NCBI GenBank assembly: GCA_003244145.1
Contig: QHBM01000075.1
Location: 1,308-65,307 of the forward strand
From: Chthoniobacterales bacterium
GTDB taxonomy: Bacteria; Verrucomicrobiota; Verrucomicrobiia; Chthoniobacterales; UBA10450
DNA: 64,000 nt
Direction of reading: 5' to 3'
Shown one piece after another: positions 54,801 through 61,439 of the stretch. The notes below the pieces were generated by a model, which had not been told where the DNA came from, ran no database searches, and was given only the letters and a program-made list of their open reading frames with translations. The position numbers were made by a program, and so were the translations under genes. Position 1 is the stretch's first letter; every line of letters begins with the position of its first letter.

Positions 54801-56892
54801 AAGCCTGCCCACTGGCGTAACCTTCACCGATAACGGCAACGGCACGGCCACGATCGCTGGCACGCCGGCGGCTGGCACTGGCGGTACTTACTCGCTGACA
54901 ATAACAGCCAGCAATGGCGTGCCCGCGGATGCGACTCAGCTCTTCAAGCTCACGGTCAACGAACCGCCCCGGATCAGCAGTGTAAACAACGCTACATTTA
55001 GCGTTGGCGCAGCTGGAAACTTCAGCGTCACAACCGATCGCGGGTTCCCGACGCCGATCTTCTTAAGTAAGACAGGGACGTTGCCCAGCGGTGTGACCTT
55101 TACCGACAACCTCAATGGCACGGCCACGATCGCGGGCACACCGGCGGCTGGGAGCGGAGGCAGTTACCCGTTAACCATCAAGGCAAGCAACGGTGTTTCG
55201 CCTGACGCGACGCAGAGCTTTACCCTCACGGTCAATGAGCCGCCAAGGATCAACAGCGCAAGCAGCGTTACCTTTACCGCGGGGACAGCCGGAACTTTTG
55301 CCGTGACAACCGACCGCGGGTTCCCAACTCCCGCGTTGAGCAAGATCGGAAGCTTGCCCAGCGGCGTGACCTTTACGGACAACGGTAATGGCACAGCGAC
55401 GCTCGGGGGCACCGCCGCGAAAGGCAGCGGAGGCAGCTATCCCATAACGATCACGGCGAGCAATGGTGTTTCACCGAACGCCACCCAAAAGTTTGTCCTG
55501 ACGGTGTTGGACACGGAACCGCCGCATATTAGCAGTGCAAACAATACCACGTTCACCGTTGGCTCGGCCGGAACGTTTACGGTTAGCACCGACCATGGAG
55601 TGCCGACACCGACGCTGAGCGAGACTGGCGCGTTACCAGGCGGCGTAACCTTCACTAATAACGGCAATGGCACGGCAACCATCGCCGGCACAGCAGCCGC
55701 GGGAACCGGAGGCGTTTATACGTTGGCGATCACGGCCAGCAACGGCATTGCGCCTAACGATGTCCAGACCTTTACACTTTCGGTCAAGGAGGTGCCCACG
55801 ATAACCAGCGCCGATCACACGACCTTTGCCACGGGATCGGCGGGAAGCTTTACCGTCACGACGAGCCACAGCTTTCCTACGGCGACGCTCTCCGAGACGG
55901 GGTCTCTCCCCAGCGGAGTGACCTTCATCGATAACGGCAATGGCACGGCGAAGCTCGCAGGCACGCCCGCAGCCGGAACCGCCGGCACTTACTATCTGAC
56001 AATCATGGCGCACAACGGGGTAGGCCTTGATCCGCAACAGCTCTTTACCCTTACGGTGACTGGGTCCGCACCGACACCTACGCCTACGCCCTCGCCTACT
56101 CCGAGCAAGGCGCAAGCCCTCAACCTGTCCACCCGCCTGCGGGTTGACACGGGGGAGAAAGTCATGATTGGCGGCTTTATTATCACTGGGAACACCTTCA
56201 AACAAGTCGTGCTGCGCGGACTTGGACCATCGCTTACTGCCTTCGGCCTGACGGACGTTCTGCAGAATCCGGTCCTGGAGCTTCGCCGAGCCAACGGCTC
56301 CTTGATCATAAGTAACGATGACTGGACGGACAACCAGCGAAGCCAGATCGAAGGCACGGTGTTCCAGCCCAAGGACGACCGAGAGTCGGTTATCATCGCT
56401 TCGCTGCAGCCGGGAGCCTACACCGCCATCTTGACCGGCAAGGACGGAACAGCTGGCGTGGGTCTGGTGGAAATCTACGACACCAACTCGCAATCAAACG
56501 ATTCGCAATTGGCGAACATTAGCACCCGCGGATTTGTCCAGACCCAGGGCAACGTCATGATCGCTGGGTTTACCCTCGGTGGTAATACTAACAGTACGAG
56601 GGTCGCGATTCTGGGTCTTGGACCATCGCTTACCCAATTTGGTTTGGTCAATGTCCTGGCCGATCCCACCCTTGAGCTGCACGACAGTAACGGTGCGCTC
56701 ATGATCTCGAACGATAACTGGCAGGATGACCCTGTCGCCGCCGCCCAACTCGTCACGGCCGGGCTCGCGCCGCAGAATCCCAAAGAAGCGGGCATCTTCA
56801 CCACACTTCCACCCGGGCCATACACCGCTATTCTCGCGGGCAAGAACGGTGGCATGGGCATCGGGCTGGTGGAGGCCTTCAATCTCCAATAA
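48829..56892 (+). CDS. giant secreted multidomain protein
   Basis: Domain order: 3 LamG-like modules, NHL beta-propeller, Calx-beta, right-handed beta-helix, 9 Ig-like repeats, PT linker, twin C-terminal domain. Signal peptide MKKLVLSIIAAGISGVSICVAQA. C-x-PPP-x-G-x-x-x-WWPGDG plus LIDEVEVF in each LamG module. NHL-like GLAFDASGNLFVGD repeats. Calx-beta-like VHYATSDGTSTAGLDYTSTSGDLSFAPGD. GGGIYN/GGGIFS beta-helix repeats with GSLRQAIADALAGDTINF. Confidence 0.85.
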   Translation: MKKLVLSIIAAGISGVSICVAQAQTPTCTPPPAGMVGWWPGDGSADDILNHNNGASSGNVTFVAGEVGQAFNFDGSSFETIGTPAVLNITGNQITLDAWVNPNNTKDGVYFGKANSGQNDYALFLLGDLTGCIKTADGVEYFLHTGFVPPAGQWTHIAMTYDGTNEIVYANGAVVGTLAVASQPSYTPPGNIISEGIPFFIGGRNGDSPANTLYINAKIDEVEVFNTALSQPDIQAIYDARSAGKCRSCTPPPPDMVSWWPGDGNTTDIQSGNNGTLQGGATFATGEVGQAFSLNGTNQYVEIPDSANVSITGPMTIDAWINTNDNANEHAIVEKYDGGGTNGYFFRLNSGGHLGAGMCNASTCSAVVGATQVTTGTFHHVAAVFDGTNLRVYLDGVLDGTASSVSPTDGVNPLEIGARGGSPFNFFTGLIDEVEVFSRALTADEVQFIYDAGSKGKCKPVCVTPPPGLIAWWPGDNTATDIQGNNNGTLQNGATFANGIVGRAFSFDGVDDYVDVGDVDLPGTFTIDAWINPSSLGNKIIISKDDLNASRSYFFGLETGTLSAFVHSSGGQYTYYRTDSIITANNWQHVVVTYDGSAGAGVKMTFYVNGVNVPILQVVDDGGGTPENNAFSTRIGIFGDGTGAFSGLIDEVEVFTRVLAPTEIANIYNARSAGKCKTVRFYVSNSSVSGSGTIEEFDANGADLGTFADASSGLIFPSGLAFDASGNLFVGDFGANNIRKFDSHGSATVFANSSTGLSGPVGLAFDSSGNIYVADVNVNKIFKFLPDGSGSGTTSSNLSGPGDIAIGPDGLLYVANESNNTVQKFDSALTYQGQFPSTGLQSPTGLRFDSSGQLYVSNFVGDTIKKFDSAGNSLGNFANLNDGSGFYGLTFDPDGNLYVVVSASKNIIYKFDPNANTTTFASAPSANLNQPEHIAVRELSPTASTLQFTTPTYSVSETAGQVSITVTRAGDLSVAASVHYATSDGTSTAGLDYTSTSGDLSFAPGDSSKTIQVPILDDNVHGPNGTFIVTLSSPSFAILDLATTTVTIQEVTDNDGVTNTNDNGPGSLRQAIADALAGDTINFNLGAGPHTITLTTGELLIDKNVTINGSGADVLTVSGTNSFRIFHIISGPTVTISGLTITNGSAIDASPADSGGGIYNDHSTLTVTNCTLSGNTANTDGGGIFSDGSNGSATLTIANSTLTFNSANYGGGIYNKKGFGGSATLTIRNSTLSDNAAGGGYGGGIYNDGAFSGGAAVLTIANSTFSGNSATSGAGGIFSDASNSGSAQLVITNSTFSQNSASQGGGIYSISTGATLQIGNTILNAGSSGENILGDPGTVTSQGYNLSSDNGSGFLTATGDQINTDPKLKALGNYGGPTQTHLPLPDSPAIDAAADWTTLNGTIDNAQPTITVTDASAISVGETIRIDNEQMGVTAKSGNTLTVTRGANSTTPATHASGAGVNSAFDQRGLPRKVNGTVDIGAVETNYVFSATAGTPQSAKTNTAFATALQATVTESGTAQSGISVTFTAPSSGASGTFPGASNTVSVSTNGSGIATAPTFTANATTGNYTVTAGTANNIVSPANFALTNVQAPAFTSANSTTFTVGTNGSFNVTTSGFPTPALSKTGSLPSGVTFTDNGDGTATLAGTPAAGSGGSYSLTITASNGVSPDAMQTFTLTVDEPPRISSVNNATFSVGALGSFNVTTDRGFPTPALSTTGTLPSGVTFTDNGNGTATIAGTPAVGSGGSYPLTIKASNGILPDATQNFTLTVDEPPRISSVNNATFSVGALGSFNVTTDRGFPTPALSKTGTLPSGVTFTDNGNGTATIAGTPAAGSGGSYPLTIKASNGILPDAIQNFTLTVNEPPRISSVNNATFSVGEFGSFSVTTDRGFPTPALSKTGNLPSGVTFTNNGNGTATIAGTPAAGTGGTYSLTITASNGVSPDAIQSFTLTVNDQPRISSANKATFIVGALGSFSVTTDRGFPTPALSKTGSLPTGVTFTDNGNGTATIAGTPAAGTGGTYSLTITASNGVPADATQLFKLTVNEPPRISSVNNATFSVGAAGNFSVTTDRGFPTPIFLSKTGTLPSGVTFTDNLNGTATIAGTPAAGSGGSYPLTIKASNGVSPDATQSFTLTVNEPPRINSASSVTFTAGTAGTFAVTTDRGFPTPALSKIGSLPSGVTFTDNGNGTATLGGTAAKGSGGSYPITITASNGVSPNATQKFVLTVLDTEPPHISSANNTTFTVGSAGTFTVSTDHGVPTPTLSETGALPGGVTFTNNGNGTATIAGTAAAGTGGVYTLAITASNGIAPNDVQTFTLSVKEVPTITSADHTTFATGSAGSFTVTTSHSFPTATLSETGSLPSGVTFIDNGNGTAKLAGTPAAGTAGTYYLTIMAHNGVGLDPQQLFTLTVTGSAPTPTPTPSPTPSKAQALNLSTRLRVDTGEKVMIGGFIITGNTFKQVVLRGLGPSLTAFGLTDVLQNPVLELRRANGSLIISNDDWTDNQRSQIEGTVFQPKDDRESVIIASLQPGAYTAILTGKDGTAGVGLVEIYDTNSQSNDSQLANISTRGFVQTQGNVMIAGFTLGGNTNSTRVAILGLGPSLTQFGLVNVLADPTLELHDSNGALMISNDNWQDDPVAAAQLVTAGLAPQNPKEAGIFTTLPPGPYTAILAGKNGGMGIGLVEAFNLQ
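53600..56064 (+). repeat. nine tandem ~273-nt (91-aa) coding repeats (Ig-like units) inside the giant gene
   Basis: Units PPRISSVNNATFSVG..FPTPALSKTG.LPSGVTFTDNGNGTATIAGTPAAG.GG.Y.LTI.ASNG..PDA.Q.FTLTV. Units 2 and 3 (about 53872..54417) differ at only about nine nucleotides by my reading. Confidence 0.85.
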
Positions 56893-56896
56893 AAAT

Positions 56897-56931
56897 CCGG
56901 GAGGCGCTCAGTGCAGCGAGCGCCTCCCCGG
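56897..56931 (+). terminator. strong GC-rich hairpin after the giant gene (no clear U tract)
   Basis: ccgggaggcgctc-agtgcagc-gagcgcctccccgg, followed by the palindrome gatcgggcccgatc. Confidence 0.45.
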
Positions 56932-57015
56932 ATCGGGCCCGATCACATGAGCTAAAATCGGCGTTTTATCTTTGACATTGGGCAACGCACTGAGTCGAGT
57001 AATGCCCTGGATCCT

Positions 57016-57495
57016 ATGAAAACCATCTACGTTATCGTTTGCCTGCTCCTCGCGAGCTTCCCATTGCTTCGGGCCGCCGAGCCTGAAGCCTCACCTTTTC
57101 CCGGCCTGCAAAAGGCGATGTTGCCGGCAGATTACGAGGCGGCCGGTCTGCAAAAACTCGAGCCCGCGGAGCGCGCCAAGCTTGACGAATTCATTCGGAG
57201 CTACGTCGCGATCAGCAACGAAAAGGTGGCTACGTCGGCGGTCGACAAGGCCGTGAAGGAAAACAAGGTGTCGGCCCCAGAGGTGATTCAAAGCAAAATT
57301 GTGGGCCCCTTCACGGGTTATAATGGACGGACGATTTTCACCCTAGAGAATGGCCAACGCTGGGCGCAATCTCAACGCGACAGCGCCTATTACCCAAAGA
57401 TCGATTCGCCGCCGGTGATCATCGTAAAGAAAGGGTTCGGCTACCGGATGTATATAGCCGGCGGCGGCGAAATCAGGGTGACTCTGGTTCGGTGA
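57016..57495 (+). CDS. small secreted hypothetical protein
   Basis: Signal peptide MKTIYVIVCLLLASFPLLRA; 159 aa; lies between the two convergent giant genes. Confidence 0.55.
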   Translation: MKTIYVIVCLLLASFPLLRAAEPEASPFPGLQKAMLPADYEAAGLQKLEPAERAKLDEFIRSYVAISNEKVATSAVDKAVKENKVSAPEVIQSKIVGPFTGYNGRTIFTLENGQRWAQSQRDSAYYPKIDSPPVIIVKKGFGYRMYIAGGGEIRVTLVR

Positions 57496-57559
57496 GGCAA
57501 ACTCATTGTGGCAGGTTAAAGACTTCCACCAGGGCCACGCCCATACCGTTATTCTTGGC

Positions 57560-57584
57560 GCGGGGGAGGATGCCCCCCGCTTTC
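57560..57584. terminator. hairpin between convergent genes (possibly a bidirectional terminator)
   Basis: gcggggg-aggatgc-cccccgc followed by ttt; it sits 4 nt from the stop of the minus-strand gene. Confidence 0.45.
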
Positions 57585-57587
57585 AGA

Positions 57588-60500
57588 TCATTGAACGAAG
57601 TAAACCTCCACCACCCCAATACCGGTAGCCTCCGGTTTGCCGCGGACCTGCGCCGTATACTGTCCGGGCGGGATCGTCTGAACCAAGGCTGCCTCCTTGC
57701 TATTAGACGGTTGCAGTCCGGTAGCCTCCAGCTCCGCCTTTTGATCCGTCATCCAGTCGTCATTCTCCCGAACGATGGCGCCGTTCTGGTCCCGTAGTTG
57801 AAGGGTTGTATCGAGCAAGGCGTTGGTGATACCGAAGGCCGTCAATGAAGGACCTACCGCGCGAATCACGACTCTGACCGATCCGTTCTGCACAATAAAC
57901 CCGGCTGTCAGCAGTCCGTCACCCGGCTGCACTAAACCTCTCGTCCCCACGTTGACGAGCCGGGCGGGCGACGCGGCGCTGATATCGAAGGCGTCGACCA
58001 GACCAGTCCCAACACTGTTACCGGCGCCCCGCACCACCGCCGTGTATTGGCCGGGGACAAGGTTGGCAATAATCGCGGACTCCGGGTCTTTGGTCGGCGC
58101 GAGTCCGCTGGCGTTGATCTCCGTGGACTGATCGGTGGTGACGATGCCTCCCACTTGGGTGGTTTTCCAATTATCGTTCGATGCGATCCGCACTTGATTC
58201 GCGTCAAAGATCTCCAGAGTCGGATTCGCCAGGAAATCAGTTATGCCAAAGGCCTGCAGGAACGGGCCGAGAGCACGCACCAATATTTTCTTCGTCGACC
58301 CCACCGGCCCTTGCACGATGAAGCCCTGGATCAAAGCATTGGGATCCTGGCCGACCGGAAGTCGGGTCGAGACGTTAGCGACGAGGCCAGGGATCGGTGT
58401 TGGAGTCGGTGTTGGAGTCGGTGTTGGTGTTGGTGTTGGAGTCGGTGTTGGTGTTGGTGTTGGTGTCGGCGAAGGTGTCGGCGCCGGTGTCGGTGTCGGT
58501 GGTGGCGGCGTTACTTGGAAACTTGAGACGACGACACTATTGCCGCTATAATTGACAACGAATGAACCTGATCCGTCAGCAGTTGTCAGCCTCGCGCCGT
58601 TTGCGACATTCGTGAATGACCCGGCGAGCGCGGTCGGGTTGGTCAGGAAGTTGAAGCTATCAGACGCTTGAGGTGTAAATCCGTTGATCAAACGCACGGT
58701 CAGCGTGCCGTTGAGCGTGAGTGCATTTCCGGTGTTCAGCACGTCGTACTGTGTGACGGGGGTGGTGCCGCCTATCTCAAAGTCGAGATTCGATGTGGCG
58801 CCGAGGATGAGATTGCCGCTTACGTTGAGCTGCCCAGGCGAGAGGCCTGGGGCGATTGTTCCGTTGTTTGTGAACGAGGAGCCGCCTCCGATTTGAATCG
58901 AACCGTTACCTTTGACGGTATGGCCGCTGCCATTGGTCACGGCCTGGCCGTCGTTGACTTTCATCGTCGCGTTATTCGTAAGGGCGATGGCGCCGGAGCC
59001 GGCGATAGCGGTGTTGTTCTGGTCGAACCTCAGGAGCGAGTCGCTCGCCTTCAGCGTCATCGTGCCGTTGTTCGTCAATGTCGTCGCGAGGACGAAAGTG
59101 GAAGTGGCCGCAGGAATCTCAAACGCCCCTGAGTTAGTCAGGCTCCCGGAGATCGTCAACCCGGATCCGTTGGCTCGCACGATCCCGCCATTCTGGGTAG
59201 AAAGCGTGCCGCCGATGACCGTACCGTTGAGTAGCACGAGACTTCCAGCGCCGTCGGCGAGAAAGCTGCCGCCGCCAGTCTGGTCGAGCGTGCCTCCGAA
59301 AAGACCTATCCCGCCACCACCGACAGCCTTGAGGACGCCGTTATTCTGGTTCGGCGTGTTAGCGTTAAGATCCAACTGCATGAACTGCGGGCTCCCGCCG
59401 ACAGAGACATCGCCAATGATTGTCCCGTTGTTGATTAGGGTCCCGCCGTCAAAGCCAATGATCGTTCCATTACCGTGGATGAGGTGGCTGGCGCCGTTCG
59501 TGACCGTGATACCTCCTGGCAAAGTAAGATCGGCCACATTGAAGTTGCCAGCGCCGTTGAGTTGCACGCTGCCGGTTCCTCCAAGCAGGCCGCTCTCATC
59601 AAAGCGCATCGTGGCGGACTGCGTGCCGTCGCCGACCGTGACCGTTCCGTTATTGGTCAGGCCGGTGCCCTTGATGAGAAGGGGGTTGTTGGCCGCCGGC
59701 ACTTGAAACGCCCCGTTGTTGGTACCGCCGATCAGCGTTACGCCCGCACCGTTCGGCGTCGTCCTGACCAAGCCATTGTTGGACGTAGTAAAGGTGCCGC
59801 CGGTGATCACGGAAAATCGAAATTGATCGCCGTTGCCGAACTCCACGATGCTCCCTGCGCCGCTGGCCGAGAAGCTGCCGCCGCCCGTCTGGTCGATGAT
59901 GCCGCCGAAGAGAAGCACGCTTCCGGCGGTCGCCTCGATCACACTGTGATTCTGGTTCTGGGTCTGGCCCGGCGCATCATAGGAGAGCGACATGTTAATG
60001 AGGGCGGCGCTCCCGTCATCGGCGTTGATAGTGCCATTGTTGATCAAGTGGCCGCCTCCATTGAAGAAGTCCATCACGCCATGCCCGTGAATCAGTTGGC
60101 TGGCCCCAATTGTCACTGTGGACCCCGACCCGGGCCCGAGATTAGCGTTGCCATTGAGCCGGACGTCGCCGCTGCCGGTAATCGTGGGGCTGCCATCGCA
60201 GCGAATCGAAGCGCCCGGGTTCGCTCCGGTCGTATTGACCACGATCGTGCCGCTATTGTTAAAAGTGGCCCCGGCAACCGCGAGAGTCGCGCCCGGCGCG
60301 AGGTTGAGCGTGGCCGACGTGAGAGAAAATGTATTTACGCTGACCTGGACGGATAGCTGGCAGTTAATTCCATTGATCACCGCATCGTAGGAAGGATTAT
60401 CACCCGGCACGTTGGTGTTGTTGTTGGGATTGAAAATCGAGTGACCGTTGTTTGGATAAGCCTGGGTACTCCAGTTTCCAGGCACGCTCGGATCGTTCGG

Positions 60501-60668
60501 ATTACTAGCCAGCCCGATATGCGCGTCGCGTTCCCAGATTCCGTCACCGAATTGATTCGTAAATGTCGCGGTAAAAGTGCCCGCCTGGATGGGGCGGGCC
60601 GCGACCAGAAGCAATTCAGTGAGCGCAAATGCCGCGATCGCGAATCTACGGAGTCGGTTCTTTTTCAT
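57588..60668 (-). CDS. large secreted beta-helix-type repeat protein with PT linker and twin C-terminal domain
   Basis: Signal peptide MKKNRLRRFAIAAFALTELLLVAARPIQA. Degenerate G/N/T-rich repeats (GGTLINNGTI, LTNNGTV). (PT)n linker, then two ~135-aa domains homologous to the C-terminus of the 48829..56892 product. Confidence 0.8.
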   Translation of the reverse strand: MKKNRLRRFAIAAFALTELLLVAARPIQAGTFTATFTNQFGDGIWERDAHIGLASNPNDPSVPGNWSTQAYPNNGHSIFNPNNNTNVPGDNPSYDAVINGINCQLSVQVSVNTFSLTSATLNLAPGATLAVAGATFNNSGTIVVNTTGANPGASIRCDGSPTITGSGDVRLNGNANLGPGSGSTVTIGASQLIHGHGVMDFFNGGGHLINNGTINADDGSAALINMSLSYDAPGQTQNQNHSVIEATAGSVLLFGGIIDQTGGGSFSASGAGSIVEFGNGDQFRFSVITGGTFTTSNNGLVRTTPNGAGVTLIGGTNNGAFQVPAANNPLLIKGTGLTNNGTVTVGDGTQSATMRFDESGLLGGTGSVQLNGAGNFNVADLTLPGGITVTNGASHLIHGNGTIIGFDGGTLINNGTIIGDVSVGGSPQFMQLDLNANTPNQNNGVLKAVGGGGIGLFGGTLDQTGGGSFLADGAGSLVLLNGTVIGGTLSTQNGGIVRANGSGLTISGSLTNSGAFEIPAATSTFVLATTLTNNGTMTLKASDSLLRFDQNNTAIAGSGAIALTNNATMKVNDGQAVTNGSGHTVKGNGSIQIGGGSSFTNNGTIAPGLSPGQLNVSGNLILGATSNLDFEIGGTTPVTQYDVLNTGNALTLNGTLTVRLINGFTPQASDSFNFLTNPTALAGSFTNVANGARLTTADGSGSFVVNYSGNSVVVSSFQVTPPPPTPTPAPTPSPTPTPTPTPTPTPTPTPTPTPTPTPIPGLVANVSTRLPVGQDPNALIQGFIVQGPVGSTKKILVRALGPFLQAFGITDFLANPTLEIFDANQVRIASNDNWKTTQVGGIVTTDQSTEINASGLAPTKDPESAIIANLVPGQYTAVVRGAGNSVGTGLVDAFDISAASPARLVNVGTRGLVQPGDGLLTAGFIVQNGSVRVVIRAVGPSLTAFGITNALLDTTLQLRDQNGAIVRENDDWMTDQKAELEATGLQPSNSKEAALVQTIPPGQYTAQVRGKPEATGIGVVEVYFVQ

Positions 60669-60780
60669 AGTTTTCCTTCATTGAGCAATGCGGGAAAAGC
60701 GGCATGAAACGGACATCGAGTTTGAAAAAGTTTCCCATCCGGTTAGCGACAGGGTAGATTTCTTCTCAGAAAAGGTGGAA

Positions 60781-61356
60781 ATGTCTTTCAATCCCGAGCC
60801 GGCACCCGACGTCACACAGATCCTGCGGAACTGGAGTGAGGGAGACGAAAACGCCTCGGTTCAGCTCATGCCGCTCGTGTACGAAGAGTTGCGGCGATTG
60901 GCGCGAGATTATTTACGCCAGGAGCGCGGCGACCACACCCTCCAGGCCACGGCGCTCGTCCACGAAGCGTACCTGCGGATGGTGGACGAAAAGAACGTCA
61001 CGTGGCAGAACCGCGCGCATTTCTACGGCATCGCCGCGCGGTTGATGCGGCGCATTCTCGTGGATTACGCGCGGGCGCACAACGCGGCTAGGCGCGGCGG
61101 TCTCGAGCAAAAGGTGGCTCTGGACGAAGCGCGCGATCTCCCAGCCAAAGGCGCCACCGATCTCGTGGCGCTGGATGGCGCGCTCCAGGATTTTGCCAGG
61201 ACTTATCCCCGCAAGAGCGAAGTCGTTGAGTTGAAATTTTTTGGTGGCTTAGAAGCGAACGAGATCGCGGAAGTGCTGCAAGTCTCCGAGAAGACTGTCC
61301 TGCGCGATTGGAATTTCGCCAAACTCTGGCTCTGTCGGGAGCTAAGCGCCGCGTAG
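60781..61356 (+). CDS. ECF sigma factor of the TIGR02999 / ECF43-like kinase-associated type
   Basis: DVTQILRNWSEGDENASVQLMPLVYEELRRLARDYLRQERGDHTLQATALVHEAYLRM, and a region 4 HTH EIAEVLQVSEKTVLRDW. ATG 60781 chosen. Confidence 0.8.
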   Translation: MSFNPEPAPDVTQILRNWSEGDENASVQLMPLVYEELRRLARDYLRQERGDHTLQATALVHEAYLRMVDEKNVTWQNRAHFYGIAARLMRRILVDYARAHNAARRGGLEQKVALDEARDLPAKGATDLVALDGALQDFARTYPRKSEVVELKFFGGLEANEIAEVLQVSEKTVLRDWNFAKLWLCRELSAA

Positions 61357-61439
61357 CCGGAATATTAACCGCGGATTACGCAGATGACCCGGATGTCGGA
61401 AACTCCATCAATACTCGACCAACAACGATTGGCTTCCGC

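Noticed and set aside
53600-56064. Strict 273-nt periodicity that could suggest a repeat array or CRISPR-like structure
   Set aside because: The period is far too long and there is no short-repeat/unique-spacer organisation. The repeats are in-frame Ig-like protein units of the giant gene.
58394-58510. Microsatellite-like (ggtgtt/ggagtc)n tract
   Set aside because: It is the minus-strand coding sequence of the (PT)n linker of the 1026-aa protein, not a non-coding tandem repeat. A shorter PT linker occurs at 56064..56103 in the other gene.
60669-60780. ECF-type promoter (for example tgaaac ... gtttc) in the divergent region between the sigma factor and the 1026-aa gene
   Set aside because: There is only a loose resemblance, with no second copy upstream of another gene to support a motif. 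It cannot be supported from this window alone.
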